Part shown: positions 19,545 to 29,403 of the stretch, piece after piece
Position numbering within the stretch: the stretch's first letter is position 1
How the letters are laid out: every line of letters begins with the position of its first letter
Source of the DNA: Woeseiaceae bacterium
Lineage (GTDB): Bacteria; Pseudomonadota; Gammaproteobacteria; Steroidobacterales; Woeseiaceae
Assembly (NCBI GenBank): GCA_035465295.1
Contig: DATHRM010000192.1
Location: 164-64,163 of the forward strand
Direction: 5' to 3'
Length of the DNA stretch: 64,000 nucleotides
Translations under genes and position numbers: made by a program
Notes under the pieces: model-generated
Seen by the model: the letters and a program-made list of their open reading frames with translations, nothing else
Told to the model about the DNA's origin: nothing
Databases searched by the model: none

Positions 19545-20360
19545 ATGGCCGAGGCGCCGCTCATCGACATTCGCAACGCGACGATCTGGCGTGGCCGGAC
19601 GCGCGTCTTCGACAACCTGACGCTGACGATCGAGCAGCACGAGCGGGTCGCCATCCTCGGTCCGAACGGTTCCGGCAAAACGACGCTCTTGAAGACCGTC
19701 AATCGCGAGCTGTACCCGGTAAAGCGCGACGGCTCATGGGTCCGCATCCTCGGGCGCGAACGATGGAACGTGTGGGAACTGCGCCGCCATATCGGCATCG
19801 TTTCCCACGACCTGCAACAACGCTATCGTCCCACCACGACCGCGCTCGAAGTCGTGCTCTCGGGCTTCCTGGCCAGTATCGGCGTGCACGGCACCCTCGG
19901 AAAACGCATCAGCGACGACGAAATCGCCGCCGCCCGCAACATCCTCGGGCAACTCGGCATCGCGGAACTTGACGACACGCCGCTCTGCGCGATGTCGACC
20001 GGACAGCAGCGACGCTGCCTCCTCGGCCGGGCGCTGGTGCACCGCCCGGACACGCTTATCCTCGACGAGCCGACCGCCGGCCTCGACTTTGCAGCGAGCT
20101 TCGACTACCTGGCGCGCATCCGGGCACTCGCACGGGACGGCCGCAACATCATCATCGTGACGCATCACCTGGACGAGATTCCCCCCGAGATCGGCCGCGT
20201 GGTGGTTCTGGACCGCGGCACGATCGCGGCGGACGGTCCGAAGGAGTCGGTGCTGGCACCGGAACTGCTCAGCCGCGTCTACGGCACGCGAATCGAAGTC
20301 GCGGTGATCGACGGCCATTATCTTGCGTACCCGGGCGACGGGAAGCCGCCAAAAACGTGA
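19545..20360 (+). CDS. Stand-alone ABC ATPase (ModF/YlmA-like)
   Basis: Walker A GPNGSGKTT, signature MSTGQQRR, Walker B LILDEPTAGLD. No permease or binding-protein gene is adjacent. Confidence 0.88.
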   Translation: MAEAPLIDIRNATIWRGRTRVFDNLTLTIEQHERVAILGPNGSGKTTLLKTVNRELYPVKRDGSWVRILGRERWNVWELRRHIGIVSHDLQQRYRPTTTALEVVLSGFLASIGVHGTLGKRISDDEIAAARNILGQLGIAELDDTPLCAMSTGQQRRCLLGRALVHRPDTLILDEPTAGLDFAASFDYLARIRALARDGRNIIIVTHHLDEIPPEIGRVVVLDRGTIAADGPKESVLAPELLSRVYGTRIEVAVIDGHYLAYPGDGKPPKT

Positions 20361-20404
20361 CGCATTACGTTAACTTCCCCGTCAATCGGGCCTATTCTAG
20401 GCGC

Positions 20405-21112
20405 ATGCTCAAGATCCTGAGATCGTTGCTGTCCGGCCTGCCGCTGATCGCGCTACCCGCGGTCGCCGCGGAGACGGCCGTTGCGACGGGGATAACGAGC
20501 GTCGGTCCCGCCGTCTTCATGTTCACGATCGGCGGCGCTTTGTTTTTGACCCTCATCTTCCGGCGGGCCGCCACCCAGGTCGCGCACTATATCGTGTCGA
20601 GGCTCGGCGAGTTCCGGATCCGGCGCGCACTCGAGGCACGCAGCAAGGACGTGCTGCACGATTTCATGCTGCCGGGCGCCTACGGCGGCATCGCGAAAAT
20701 CGACCATGCCATCATGACCGCCGGCGGCATACTCTGTATCCAGACGAAACACTACAACGGCGTCGTGTTCGGTGAACCCGACGAGCCGCAATGGACCAAC
20801 GTGGACGGCGTCACCCGCCGCCGCTTCCTGAATCCCCTGATCCAGAACGAAGGCCGGACCCGCGCCTTGCAGAAGGTCGTCCCCGAAGTGCCCGTCGCCA
20901 ACCTCGTCATATTCACGGGCTCGGTCGAATTCACCTCGGCACCGCCGAAGAACGTGATCCGCGTCGGCCGGCTGGAGAGCTTCATTGCCAGGTTCGTCTT
21001 CGGACCGAGCAAGGTCGAAGACTGGGACGCGGCCTGGATGACGGTCAAGTCGGCGGCAATGACGGACGAGGATACGCGCAAGGACCACGCGTCCCAGCTG
21101 GGCTTCACCTGA
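20405..21112 (+). CDS. NERD (nuclease-related domain) protein with N-terminal signal/TM segments
   Basis: ...IDHAIMTAGGILCIQTKHYNG...NPLIQNEGRTRAL... NERD-like core. I chose the ATG at 20405 (MLKILRSLL...). The track start GTG 20357 overlaps the ABC stop. Confidence 0.75.
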   Translation: MLKILRSLLSGLPLIALPAVAAETAVATGITSVGPAVFMFTIGGALFLTLIFRRAATQVAHYIVSRLGEFRIRRALEARSKDVLHDFMLPGAYGGIAKIDHAIMTAGGILCIQTKHYNGVVFGEPDEPQWTNVDGVTRRRFLNPLIQNEGRTRALQKVVPEVPVANLVIFTGSVEFTSAPPKNVIRVGRLESFIARFVFGPSKVEDWDAAWMTVKSAAMTDEDTRKDHASQLGFT

Positions 21113-21182
21113 CCCGCCGCGAGGCCCGCCGCATCCCGATGCTTTATACTCGGGCGCTTTGTTGCCGCCGGACGCGTCGAGC

Positions 21183-22400
21183 ATGCATGAAACTGCAGCC
21201 CTGATTTCTTCCCCGATCGGCGTACTGGCCGTTCTTTGCGCCGTCGCCGGTTTTTTCTTTTTTCTCGAGCAGGCAACCGGCGCGAAACTGTTCCAGTACC
21301 TGCCGCCGTTGCTGTTCATCTACATTACGCCCGTCATCCTGAGCAACGTGAACATCGGCGGCAGTGCCGTCATTCCGAACCACTCCATCATTTACAGCGG
21401 CCTGAGCACCTTCGCGCTGCCGGCTTTCATCGTGCTGATGTTGATCAAGGTCGACGTGCCGGCCGTGATCCGGATCATGGGCAAGGGCGTGCTGGTCATG
21501 CTGATGGGAACGGCCGGCGTGATGGCGGGTGGCGTCATCTCCTACATGATCGTTCATCGCTGGTTGTCGGATGATGCCTGGATGGGCTTCGGCGCGCTGG
21601 CCGGGAGCTGGATCGGCGGTACGGCCAACATGGCGGCGACGAAAGAGATGCTCGGTACATCGAGCGAACTGTTCGGCCTCGCCGTGATTGCCGACAACGC
21701 CGTTTACATCGTCTGGCTGCCATTGCTGCTCATGTCACGCAACTTCGCGGACCGCTTCAATAAATGGGCACGCGTGCCGCCGGAACGGCTCGCTGCGATG
21801 GAGGCGGCCGCCGAACTGCACGTGGAGGAAGAACATCCGCCCACCATGCCGGAATACGTCTTCCTTGCGGCCGTCGTCATCGGCGTAACGTGGATGGGCA
21901 TCGCGCTGGCGCCCGGCATCTCGCAGTGGATCGGCACCAACTTCGAGCCGCTCGCGCCGGTGTTCGGCGAATCGACGACGCGCATACTGCTGGTCACGAC
22001 GTCGGCACTGCTGTTGTCGGCGACCCCCGTTTCGCGGTTGCCCAACTCGACGGCGATGGGCACCGCGCTCGTTTATATTTTCGTCGCCGGAATCGGTGCG
22101 CGTGCCGAGATCGCGGGACTCGCCCAGGCGCCGGCATTCCTGCTCGGCGCGTTCATCTGGATTTTCATCCACGGCGCGTTCTGCCTCGCCGGCGCGTGGC
22201 TTTTCCGCGTCGACGTCCACAGCGTCGCCATCGCGTCCGCCGCCAATATCGGGGCAGCGGCCTCTGCGCCGATCGTCGCCGCCCACCACAAACCGAGCCT
22301 CGTGCCCGTCTCCGTACTCATGGCCCTGCTCGGCTACGCCATGGGCAACTACCTCGCTCCGCTGACCGGCTACCTGGCAAAATTCGCCGCCGGCCAGTAG
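21183..22400 (+). CDS. DUF819-like polytopic membrane protein
   Basis: About 405 aa and multi-TM, with GSWIGGTANMAA as I recall for DUF819. I chose the ATG at 21183. Confidence 0.65.
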   Translation: MHETAALISSPIGVLAVLCAVAGFFFFLEQATGAKLFQYLPPLLFIYITPVILSNVNIGGSAVIPNHSIIYSGLSTFALPAFIVLMLIKVDVPAVIRIMGKGVLVMLMGTAGVMAGGVISYMIVHRWLSDDAWMGFGALAGSWIGGTANMAATKEMLGTSSELFGLAVIADNAVYIVWLPLLLMSRNFADRFNKWARVPPERLAAMEAAAELHVEEEHPPTMPEYVFLAAVVIGVTWMGIALAPGISQWIGTNFEPLAPVFGESTTRILLVTTSALLLSATPVSRLPNSTAMGTALVYIFVAGIGARAEIAGLAQAPAFLLGAFIWIFIHGAFCLAGAWLFRVDVHSVAIASAANIGAAASAPIVAAHHKPSLVPVSVLMALLGYAMGNYLAPLTGYLAKFAAGQ

Positions 22401-22405
22401 GCCGC

Positions 22406-22435
22406 TTGACATGCAGCCTTAAAGCTGCATAATAA
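22406..22435 (+). promoter_or_regulatory. Sigma-70-type promoter with embedded inverted repeat, candidate ArsR-family operator
   Basis: TTGACA (22406-11), then TGCAGC-cttaaa-GCTGCA (22412-29), then CATAATAA. It lies about 30 nt upstream of the arsR-like ATG. Confidence 0.5.
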
Positions 22436-22464
22436 AAGGCAACCATCTGGCTGCATTTTGAACC

Positions 22465-22782
22465 ATGGACGCTGTTTTCAAAGCCCTGGCCGACCCCACG
22501 CGGCGTGCGCTCCTCGACCGGCTGCTCGAGCGGCAGGGCCAGACACTGACGGAACTGGTCGACGGCCTCGGCATGCGCCGGCAGTCCGTCGCGAAACATC
22601 TCGCCGTGCTCGAGGCCGCCGGCCTCGTGAGTTGCCAGTGGCAGGGCCGCGAAAAGCTGCACTACCTGAACCCGGTGCCTATCGCCGAGATCAGCCGCCG
22701 CTGGCTGGACCGTTTCTCCGGCCGGCGCGCGAAAGCCATCCTCAACCTCAGAGACGCATTGGAGGAGAACGAACATGAGTAA
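22465..22782 (+). CDS. ArsR/SmtB-family HTH regulator
   Basis: FKALADPTRRALLDRL...LTELVDGLGMRRQSVAKHLAVLEAAGLV winged-helix motif. Confidence 0.88.
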   Translation: MDAVFKALADPTRRALLDRLLERQGQTLTELVDGLGMRRQSVAKHLAVLEAAGLVSCQWQGREKLHYLNPVPIAEISRRWLDRFSGRRAKAILNLRDALEENEHE

Positions 22783-23263
22783 GGCCGAATTCGTCTACAT
22801 GACCGTCATAGCGGCGCCGCCGGAGCAGGTCTGGCAAGGCCTGACCACCGCTGAATTCACCGCACAGTACTGGCACTCGACGCGTGTGCGGAGCGAATTC
22901 ACGCCCGGCGCGACAATCGAGTTCCTGAATCCCGACGACAGCACGGGCGTCGCCGGTGAGGTCCTGACCGCCGACCGACCGCGCGAACTGTCCTATACGT
23001 GGCGCTTCCTGCGCAACCCGGAAGCCGCCGACGATCCCGCATCGCGCGTGACATTCAAACTGGAAGCCATCGGTGTCGGCACCCGCCTGACCGTGGTTCA
23101 TGACCGGCTCGCGGAGGGTTCCGCGACGGCGACGATGGTGGGCTTCGGCTGGCCGCACGTTATCGCGGGGCTGAAGACACTGCTCGAAACCGGCAGGGCC
23201 GTCGACTTCACCGCGCCTGATGAAGCGGACTGTCCCGGCCAGCAACACGCGGCGGGCGCCTAG
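22775..23263 (+). CDS. SRPBCC (Aha1/START-like) domain protein
   Basis: Typical ...APPEQVWQGLT...YW pattern. It overlaps the ArsR gene by 8 nt, and ArsR plus SRPBCC is a common pairing. Confidence 0.85.
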   Translation: MSKAEFVYMTVIAAPPEQVWQGLTTAEFTAQYWHSTRVRSEFTPGATIEFLNPDDSTGVAGEVLTADRPRELSYTWRFLRNPEAADDPASRVTFKLEAIGVGTRLTVVHDRLAEGSATATMVGFGWPHVIAGLKTLLETGRAVDFTAPDEADCPGQQHAAGA

Positions 23264-23637
23264 GCCATTCTCCACGGAGGCTGTTTGCGATTCTCACCGG
23301 CGCGGTACAGGCAGATCCGGTTCCCGGCCGGGTCGATGAGAATTGCCTCGCGCCACAGCCATGACCGGTCGTGAGGCGCCTGTTCGAATTCGAATCCGCG
23401 CGCCCGGAGGTCCGCGTACAGCTCGTCCAGCGCGTCGTGCTCGAAGTAGATCGTGACGCCGGACGGCGGAGGTGCCGTATCGACGGTATGCAATGAAAAA
23501 GTCGCGTCACCGTCGGGACACTCGAAGCGCGCATAGTGAGGCGAATCGACAATCTGCACGAATCCCATGCGCGTGTAGAAGTCCACGGAATCCCGAAGGT
23601 CCACGGCTGGCAGCGTTACCTGGTTGAGGTCCATCAT
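23260..23637 (-). CDS. VOC / glyoxalase-bleomycin resistance family protein
   Basis: 125 aa with ...LPAVDLRDSVDFYTRMGF... and ...DPAGNRICLY, typical of VOC folds. Confidence 0.85.
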   Translation of the reverse strand: MMDLNQVTLPAVDLRDSVDFYTRMGFVQIVDSPHYARFECPDGDATFSLHTVDTAPPPSGVTIYFEHDALDELYADLRARGFEFEQAPHDRSWLWREAILIDPAGNRICLYRAGENRKQPPWRMA

Positions 23638-23687
23638 TCCCCTTTCTTGACGATGCCTGATTCAGGGCTTGATGGTATCTTGGCGCC

Positions 23688-24734
23688 ATGCCGGGGGTCA
23701 CGATTCAGGACGCAAAACGTTACGCGAAACGCACGGCGATCGTCGTCGCGGTGCTGATCGCGTCGCTCGCGGCGTTCGCGACCTGGGCGTGGCAGGAACG
23801 CGCCGATTTCTCGGATACGGGGCTTCATCCCCAGGTCGTCAACGCTCCTCCGGACTCCGCGGTGACCGCCACCTGGCTGGGCGTAACGACGCTTTTGTTC
23901 GACGACGGCGAAACGCAGATACTCGTCGATGGCTTCATATCGCGGCCGACGCTGTTCCAGATGCTCACCCGGCAGCCCGTAACCTGCGATGCGCCGATGA
24001 TCAATTACGTTATGAACGAATTCGGGATGCGGCGGCTCGCGGCGATCATCCCCGCGCACTCGCACTACGATCACGCGATGGATGTCGGCGCGATCGCCAA
24101 TCGCAGCAGTGCATCGATCCTCGGTTCGGAGTCGACCGCGAACATTGCTCGCGGCTACGGCGTGCGGGAGGATCAGATTGTCGTCGCCGAGACCGGCACC
24201 CCCTACCACTTCGGCGACTTCACGGTGACGCTGATTCCGTCGTCACACGCGCCGATCGGCCTGCGCGGCGACGTACCGCTGGCCGGAACCGTGGACGAGC
24301 CGCTCGAGCTGCCTGCACCGATTACGGCCTGGCGCGAAGGTGGCAGTTATTCGATTCTGATTGCACACCCGCAGGGAACGACCATCGTGCAGGGCAGCGC
24401 CGGCTACCGGGAAGGAGCGCTCGATGACGTGCAGGCCGACGTCGTCATGCTGGGCGTCGGCATGCTCGAAAGCCTGGGACGTGATTACGCGGAACGCTAC
24501 TGGCAGGCGCTGGTAACGTCGACCGGGGCGACGCAGGTATTCCCCGTGCATTTCGATGATCAGACGCAACCGTTCGGTAAGATCGTGCTGCCGCCCAGGC
24601 TGATCGACAACTTCGCCACGACCTCACAATGGCTGCAGGACATACGCGACACCTGGGACAAGGACACGCAGATTTACCTGCCGGTATTCGGAGAGCCGCT
24701 GGTGCTGTACACGGAGCGGACGCCGGACGCCTGA
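23688..24734 (+). CDS. MBL-fold metallo-hydrolase with N-terminal TM anchor
   Basis: HSHYDH metal-binding motif and an N-terminal hydrophobic helix. Confidence 0.8.
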   Translation: MPGVTIQDAKRYAKRTAIVVAVLIASLAAFATWAWQERADFSDTGLHPQVVNAPPDSAVTATWLGVTTLLFDDGETQILVDGFISRPTLFQMLTRQPVTCDAPMINYVMNEFGMRRLAAIIPAHSHYDHAMDVGAIANRSSASILGSESTANIARGYGVREDQIVVAETGTPYHFGDFTVTLIPSSHAPIGLRGDVPLAGTVDEPLELPAPITAWREGGSYSILIAHPQGTTIVQGSAGYREGALDDVQADVVMLGVGMLESLGRDYAERYWQALVTSTGATQVFPVHFDDQTQPFGKIVLPPRLIDNFATTSQWLQDIRDTWDKDTQIYLPVFGEPLVLYTERTPDA

Positions 24735-24739
24735 CTCGC

Positions 24740-25015
24740 TCAGGCCTCGACGGAGCGGAGCAGCGAGAGATCTCCCGCGACCAGGGCTTCTTTCTCGGTT
24801 CTGCTGAGCCGCTTGACGCGGTGTTCCAGGCGCTGCGCTGCCGCGCGATCCCCGGCGGCCAGCTCGAAAACGAGTTGCAGGGGCGTTCGTCCACGCAGGT
24901 ATTTCGCGCCGCGAATGCCGCGCTCGTGTTCCTCCAGGCGACGGGCAACGTCGAGTGCAATGCCCGTGTAAAGGCTGCCGTCCGCGCAGCGCAGGATGTA
25001 AAGGCTGTAGCTCAG
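24740..25015 (-). CDS. GIY-YIG nuclease family protein (YhbQ/UPF0213-like), no canonical start codon
   Basis: This gene is not in the ORF track. My manual minus-strand translation is (CTG)SYSLYILRCADGSLYTGIALDVARRLEEHERGIRGAKYLRGRTPLQLVF...RLEHRVKRLSRTEKEALV...-TGA(24742-24740). There is no in-frame ATG/GTG/TTG. The CTG at 25015-25013 overlaps the upstream TGA. Confidence 0.75.
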   Translation of the reverse strand: MSYSLYILRCADGSLYTGIALDVARRLEEHERGIRGAKYLRGRTPLQLVFELAAGDRAAAQRLEHRVKRLSRTEKEALVAGDLSLLRSVEA

Positions 25016-25383
25016 GCGTTCCCGCCTTTGAGGGCATCGCCCAGCACGCGGAAAGCGCCGACCTCGACACTGGTGAGGTTTTCCGGGGTCTCCGCGAACG
25101 TCAGCGCGAGCTCTCCCGCACCGTCCAGGGCATCGACGGCCTCACGGAACTTCAGCGTCAGGGTGTTACCGATGAGATGAGCTTCCTCGAGCACGTCGTG
25201 ACCGCCGAATTGCTTCTCGTTGATCTCGATATGCATCGACTCGTCGAAATCATCCTCGATCGTGCGAACCAGCAGCAGGTAGTCGTCGATGTCACCTGTC
25301 TCCGTGGTCTTCGCGAAAAACAGCATCGTGGCATTGTCGCGCACATCGAATGCAACGGTATCGTAATGGCGACTGTGGGCCAT
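25012..25383 (-). CDS. Small, strongly acidic conserved protein, possibly Imm10-like (uncertain)
   Basis: 123 aa and D/E-rich (...DIDDYLLLVRTIEDDFDESMHIEINEKQFGGHDVLEEA...). The pattern reminds me of Imm10-type immunity proteins, but that is from memory only. Confidence 0.7.
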   Translation of the reverse strand: MAHSRHYDTVAFDVRDNATMLFFAKTTETGDIDDYLLLVRTIEDDFDESMHIEINEKQFGGHDVLEEAHLIGNTLTLKFREAVDALDGAGELALTFAETPENLTSVEVGAFRVLGDALKGGNA

Positions 25384-25415
25384 TGCGCCCTCCCCGGCAG
25401 AATGATACGCGCAGT

Positions 25416-26312
25416 CTACGCCACACGATCCTTGATTTCAGCGATGCGCGCGTCTTTGTCTTTCCAAAGCCTGCCCAGCCACCGATGCACCTCGCGACGA
25501 AACTCGCGGTCGTTCTGGTAGTCGCCGCTGGCGAGAGCCCGGTCGACGGGCAGGACCCTGACGTCCACGGTCACGTCGACGCGGTCCCCGCAAACCATGT
25601 CCCAGAACTTCGGCGGGCCGCCGGCATAGACGAGCGTGACGTCCAGGATGGCGTCGAAGACGTCGCCCATCGCCGAGAGCGCGATAGCGATACCGCCCGC
25701 CCGCGGCAACAGTAGATGTTCGTACGGGGAGTTTCTCGCCTCGCGTTTTGCTTCGCTGAAGCGAGTGCCCTCGACGAAATTGATGACCGAGGTCGGCGTA
25801 TGGCGAAATTTCTTGCAGGCCTTGCGCGTTGCTTCGAGGTCGGCGCCCTTTTTTTCGGGGTGGCGCGCCAGGTAGGACGGCGGGTGGCGCTTCATGAACG
25901 GCATGTCGAGGGCCCAGAACCCGAGGCCGAGCAGCGGAAACCAGATGAGTTGCTGCTTGATGAAGAACTTCAGGAGCGGAATACGCCGATTCAGCGCGAC
26001 CTGCAGCACCACGATATCCACCCACGTCTGGTGATTCGCGAGCACGAGGTACCAGCCGTCCTTGTCGAGGGAGTCGATGCCCTCGGCGCGCCACTCCCGC
26101 GAACCGGAGCCTCGCAGGACGAGCCCGTTGACCGCAATCCAGTTTTCCGCAAGCCACATCAGCCAGCGCGTCAGCAGGCGGCGCACGGCCGCGATCGGCA
26201 GGAGCAGTTTCAGCAGCGCGAGGGTCATGAGCGGCACGAACCAGAACACCGTATTGACGGCCAGCATGCCGAACGTCAGGACGCCACGCGCCTCCCTGAA
26301 AAATCCCTTCAC
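25416..26312 (-). CDS. Lysophospholipid acyltransferase family protein (YihG-like)
   Basis: HX4D motif NHQTWVD, N-terminal TM helices and a PlsC-type core. Confidence 0.85.
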   Translation of the reverse strand: MKGFFREARGVLTFGMLAVNTVFWFVPLMTLALLKLLLPIAAVRRLLTRWLMWLAENWIAVNGLVLRGSGSREWRAEGIDSLDKDGWYLVLANHQTWVDIVVLQVALNRRIPLLKFFIKQQLIWFPLLGLGFWALDMPFMKRHPPSYLARHPEKKGADLEATRKACKKFRHTPTSVINFVEGTRFSEAKREARNSPYEHLLLPRAGGIAIALSAMGDVFDAILDVTLVYAGGPPKFWDMVCGDRVDVTVDVRVLPVDRALASGDYQNDREFRREVHRWLGRLWKDKDARIAEIKDRVA

Positions 26313-26416
26313 CGCTACTCCGGATACCGCTTGCGAACCGGTGCATTTTAGCCCGACTTGCCCGCATTATTCCCTTGGAGTAACGTGAAACCGCACAGGC
26401 TGGAAATCAAAACCAG

Positions 26417-26908
26417 ATGATTACATTGTCCATCAACGGCGAGTCGCGGGCTCTCGACGTCGACGCGTCAACACCTCTGCTGTGGGTAATCCGGGACTAC
26501 GCCGGGTTGACCGGGACCAAGTTTGGTTGCGGCATCGCCCGCTGCGGGGCATGCACGGTACACGTCGACGGTCGCCCGGTTCGATCCTGCGTGATGCCGG
26601 CGTCGGCCGCCGTTGGCAAGCGGATTACGACGATCGAGGGCATCAACCGCGGCAGAGACGGCCTGCATCCCGTGCAGCAGGCATGGATCGACGAACAGGT
26701 GCCGCAATGCGGCTACTGCCAGTCGGGGCAGATCATGGCCGCCGCCGCGTTGCTCGAGAGCACGCCCGCGCCGACGGATGCCGATATCGACGAAGCAATG
26801 ACCGGCATCGTCTGCCGCTGCGGCACCTACCCGCGCATTCGCAAGGGCATCAAGCGTGCTGCCGCCGCACTTGCGAACCCGGAAGCGGCGGAAACCGGCA
26901 ATGGGTAA
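26417..26908 (+). CDS. (2Fe-2S)-binding subunit of a molybdopterin oxidoreductase (IorA/aldehyde oxidase small subunit-like)
   Basis: [12 protein letters not shown] and [10 protein letters not shown]...CRCGTY cluster motifs. Confidence 0.92.
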   Translation: MITLSINGESRALDVDASTPLLWVIRDYAGLTGTKFGCGIARCGACTVHVDGRPVRSCVMPASAAVGKRITTIEGINRGRDGLHPVQQAWIDEQVPQCGYCQSGQIMAAAALLESTPAPTDADIDEAMTGIVCRCGTYPRIRKGIKRAAAALANPEAAETGNG

Positions 26909-29126
26909 GTGGAGCCGGCGCGCGTTCATTACGGCCGGCGTCGCCGCAGGTGGCGTAGTCGTATTCGGTGTCGCCATTCGCCGCGGCGACCGCTCCGGCA
27001 AGGTCAGGGGGCTGATTGCGGCCGACGATGAAACCCTGTTCGACGTCTGGCTGAAAATCGCGCCCGACAACACCGTTACCGCGATCATTCCGCATGCGGA
27101 CATGGGGCAGGGTGTGCATACCGCGCTGGCGATGATGCTGGCCGACGAACTCGACGCCGACTGGTCCGCGGTTCGCTTCGAGGAGGCGCCGGCCCACAAG
27201 GAATTCGCGAACTACGCGCTCGCGCGCGGATACTCCACGGCAGGGATGGATTTTCCCGCCTGGCTCGTCGACTCGGTCGACGGCCTGTTCTTCCGCGCCA
27301 CGCAGATGATGGGCCTGCAGATAACCGGCGGCAGCCTCTCCGTCCGCACGACGGGCCAGCTCGCAATGCGTGTGACCGGCGCTGCAACGAGGGCGGTGCT
27401 GCTGCAGGCGGCTGCCGACGAATGGCAGGTTGCCGTTTCCGAACTCAGTGCAGCCGCGGGCATGATTCGCCACGACGCGACCGGCCGCGAAGCGACGTTC
27501 GCACACTTCGCGCCGGCGGCTGCGGAACTTCCGCTGGCGGACAAACCCGCGCTGAAGTCACCGCACGAGTTTCGCATCATGGGCACGTCGCCGGCGCGGT
27601 TCGACGTGCCCCCGAAAGTGGACGGTTCCGCGAACTTCGGCATCGATGCGGTGCTGCCCGGCATGAAATACGCCGCCATCAGGGCGGCTCCGGTTTTCGG
27701 TGGCCGCGTGCTGTCCGTGGACGAATCCTCCATCCAGGACATGCCGGGCGTTCGCAAGACGGTGAACCTCGGCGACGCCGTGGCGGTCATCGCCGATGGC
27801 TACTGGCAGGCCAGCAAAGCGCTGGGCAAGCTGGCGGTCGAGTTCGACGATGGCGGCAACGGCGCCACCGCGCAAGACGACATATTCGAGCAGTTTGCCC
27901 GTGAACTCGACTCGGCGGCCGCCAGCGGTCGTGCGAAAGACGATTTCGTTGCCGGCGATGCGGCCGCGGCGCTCGACGGTGCGAAGCAGGTGATCGAGGC
28001 GGAATACCGCGTACCGTTCCTTGCCCATGCGACCATGGAGCCGATGAATTGCACGGCCTGGGTGCACGACAACCGTTGCGAGCTGTGGCTCGGCACGCAG
28101 AACCCGTTGGGTTTCGCCCGGCAGGTGGCCAAGGCAATCGACATGGACCCGTCGCAGGTCCTGCTGCACAACCAGTACCTGGGCGGCGGCTTCGGCCGGC
28201 GCGCCTTCGACGATTTCGCGATCCAGGCGGCGAGAATCGCCGCCGACACACCCTACCCGGTAAAACTCATCTGGTCGCGCGAAGAAGACATGCGCCACGA
28301 CCATTACCGGCAGGCAAGCATCAGCCGGTTTCGCGGCGGGCTCGACGCGTCGGGAAAGGCCATCGCATGGCACAACCACTACGTCAACAAGCATGATCCG
28401 GAAGAGGCGCCGCATATCCCGTACGCGATTACGGATCAGGCCATCGTCTACAGCGAAAGCGAGACGCATGTGCCCTGGGGGTTCTGGCGCAGTGTCGACC
28501 ATTCACTGCATGCCTTTTTCACCGAGTCCTTTATCGACGAACTGGCGGTCGCTGCCGGCCGCGATACGTATGAATACCGGCGCGACCTGCTTGCCGATGC
28601 GCCCCGGTTCCGGGCGGTGCTGGACCTCGCGGCGGAGAAGGCCGGCTGGGGCGACAGCCTGCCGGACACCATGGGCCGGGGCATCGCCATTCATCGCTCG
28701 TTCGGTACCATCGTCGCGCAGGTCGTGGACGTCGAGATCGTTGCCGGCAAACCGAGAGCGCGGCGCGTCGTCTGCGCCGTGGACCCCGGTTACGCCGTAC
28801 ACCCGGACAACCTCGCCGCACAGATGGAAAGCGGTATCGCTTATGGCCTCACCGCCGCGCTGTACGGCGAAATCTCGATCGAGGATGGCGCCGTCCGGCA
28901 ATCGAATTTCCACGATTACCGGATGTTGCGCATGGACGAGGCGCCCGACGTCGAAACCTATATTATCGACGGCGGCGGCGTGTCGGGCGGTGGCGGGGAA
29001 CCCGGGACGCCCCCCATTGCACCGGCGTTCACGAACGCGATTTTCGATGCGACCGGGATTCGCATTCGCGAGCTGCCGGTCAGCAAGCACGAACTGCGCC
29101 TGAAAGATGTTGAAGACGTGGCCTGA
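26901..29126 (+). CDS. Molybdopterin-binding large subunit (IorB/aldehyde oxidase-like) with Tat signal
   Basis: [13 protein letters not shown] twin-arginine leader and an xanthine dehydrogenase-family core. The ATG at 26901 overlaps the small-subunit stop by 8 nt. Confidence 0.92.
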   Translation: MGKWSRRAFITAGVAAGGVVVFGVAIRRGDRSGKVRGLIAADDETLFDVWLKIAPDNTVTAIIPHADMGQGVHTALAMMLADELDADWSAVRFEEAPAHKEFANYALARGYSTAGMDFPAWLVDSVDGLFFRATQMMGLQITGGSLSVRTTGQLAMRVTGAATRAVLLQAAADEWQVAVSELSAAAGMIRHDATGREATFAHFAPAAAELPLADKPALKSPHEFRIMGTSPARFDVPPKVDGSANFGIDAVLPGMKYAAIRAAPVFGGRVLSVDESSIQDMPGVRKTVNLGDAVAVIADGYWQASKALGKLAVEFDDGGNGATAQDDIFEQFARELDSAAASGRAKDDFVAGDAAAALDGAKQVIEAEYRVPFLAHATMEPMNCTAWVHDNRCELWLGTQNPLGFARQVAKAIDMDPSQVLLHNQYLGGGFGRRAFDDFAIQAARIAADTPYPVKLIWSREEDMRHDHYRQASISRFRGGLDASGKAIAWHNHYVNKHDPEEAPHIPYAITDQAIVYSESETHVPWGFWRSVDHSLHAFFTESFIDELAVAAGRDTYEYRRDLLADAPRFRAVLDLAAEKAGWGDSLPDTMGRGIAIHRSFGTIVAQVVDVEIVAGKPRARRVVCAVDPGYAVHPDNLAAQMESGIAYGLTAALYGEISIEDGAVRQSNFHDYRMLRMDEAPDVETYIIDGGGVSGGGGEPGTPPIAPAFTNAIFDATGIRIRELPVSKHELRLKDVEDVA

Positions 29127-29147
29127 CGCTATTGCGGGAGACAATTA

Positions 29148-29399
29148 TTGAACAGTGAACGAATCCGCACACTTCTCGCGGAGCTCGACAAGGAATTGAA
29201 ATCGACCGGTGAGATCGATAACGAGACACGCGAGTTGCTGTCGCAACTCAATGACGATCTCGACGAGATAGCGCCGGGCAGCGAGGAGACGCTGAGAGAC
29301 AGCGCGCGGGAACTCGAGTCCCGATTTGCGGCCACGCATCCGGTTGCCGAGCGCATTACCCGCGAAATCGCGGATCTGCTCGCGAAGATGGGTATCTGA
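29148..29399 (+). CDS. DUF4404-like small helical protein
   Basis: ...LLAELDKEL...ETRELLSQLNDDL...ESRFAATHPVAERITREIADLLAKMGI matches my recollection of DUF4404. Confidence 0.7.
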   Translation: MNSERIRTLLAELDKELKSTGEIDNETRELLSQLNDDLDEIAPGSEETLRDSARELESRFAATHPVAERITREIADLLAKMGI

Positions 29400-29403
29400 G
29401 CGT

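Noticed and set aside
17997-19640. 547-aa minus-strand ORF, plus the 452-aa and 353-aa ORFs in the same region
   Set aside because: They overlap the well-supported Kef gene in other frames or on the other strand. The sequences are Arg-rich and featureless.
26577-26590. GGTTCGATCC T-loop-like sequence that could mark a tRNA
   Set aside because: It lies inside the 2Fe-2S subunit CDS (GRPVRSCVM) in frame, and no acceptor or anticodon stems can be drawn around it.
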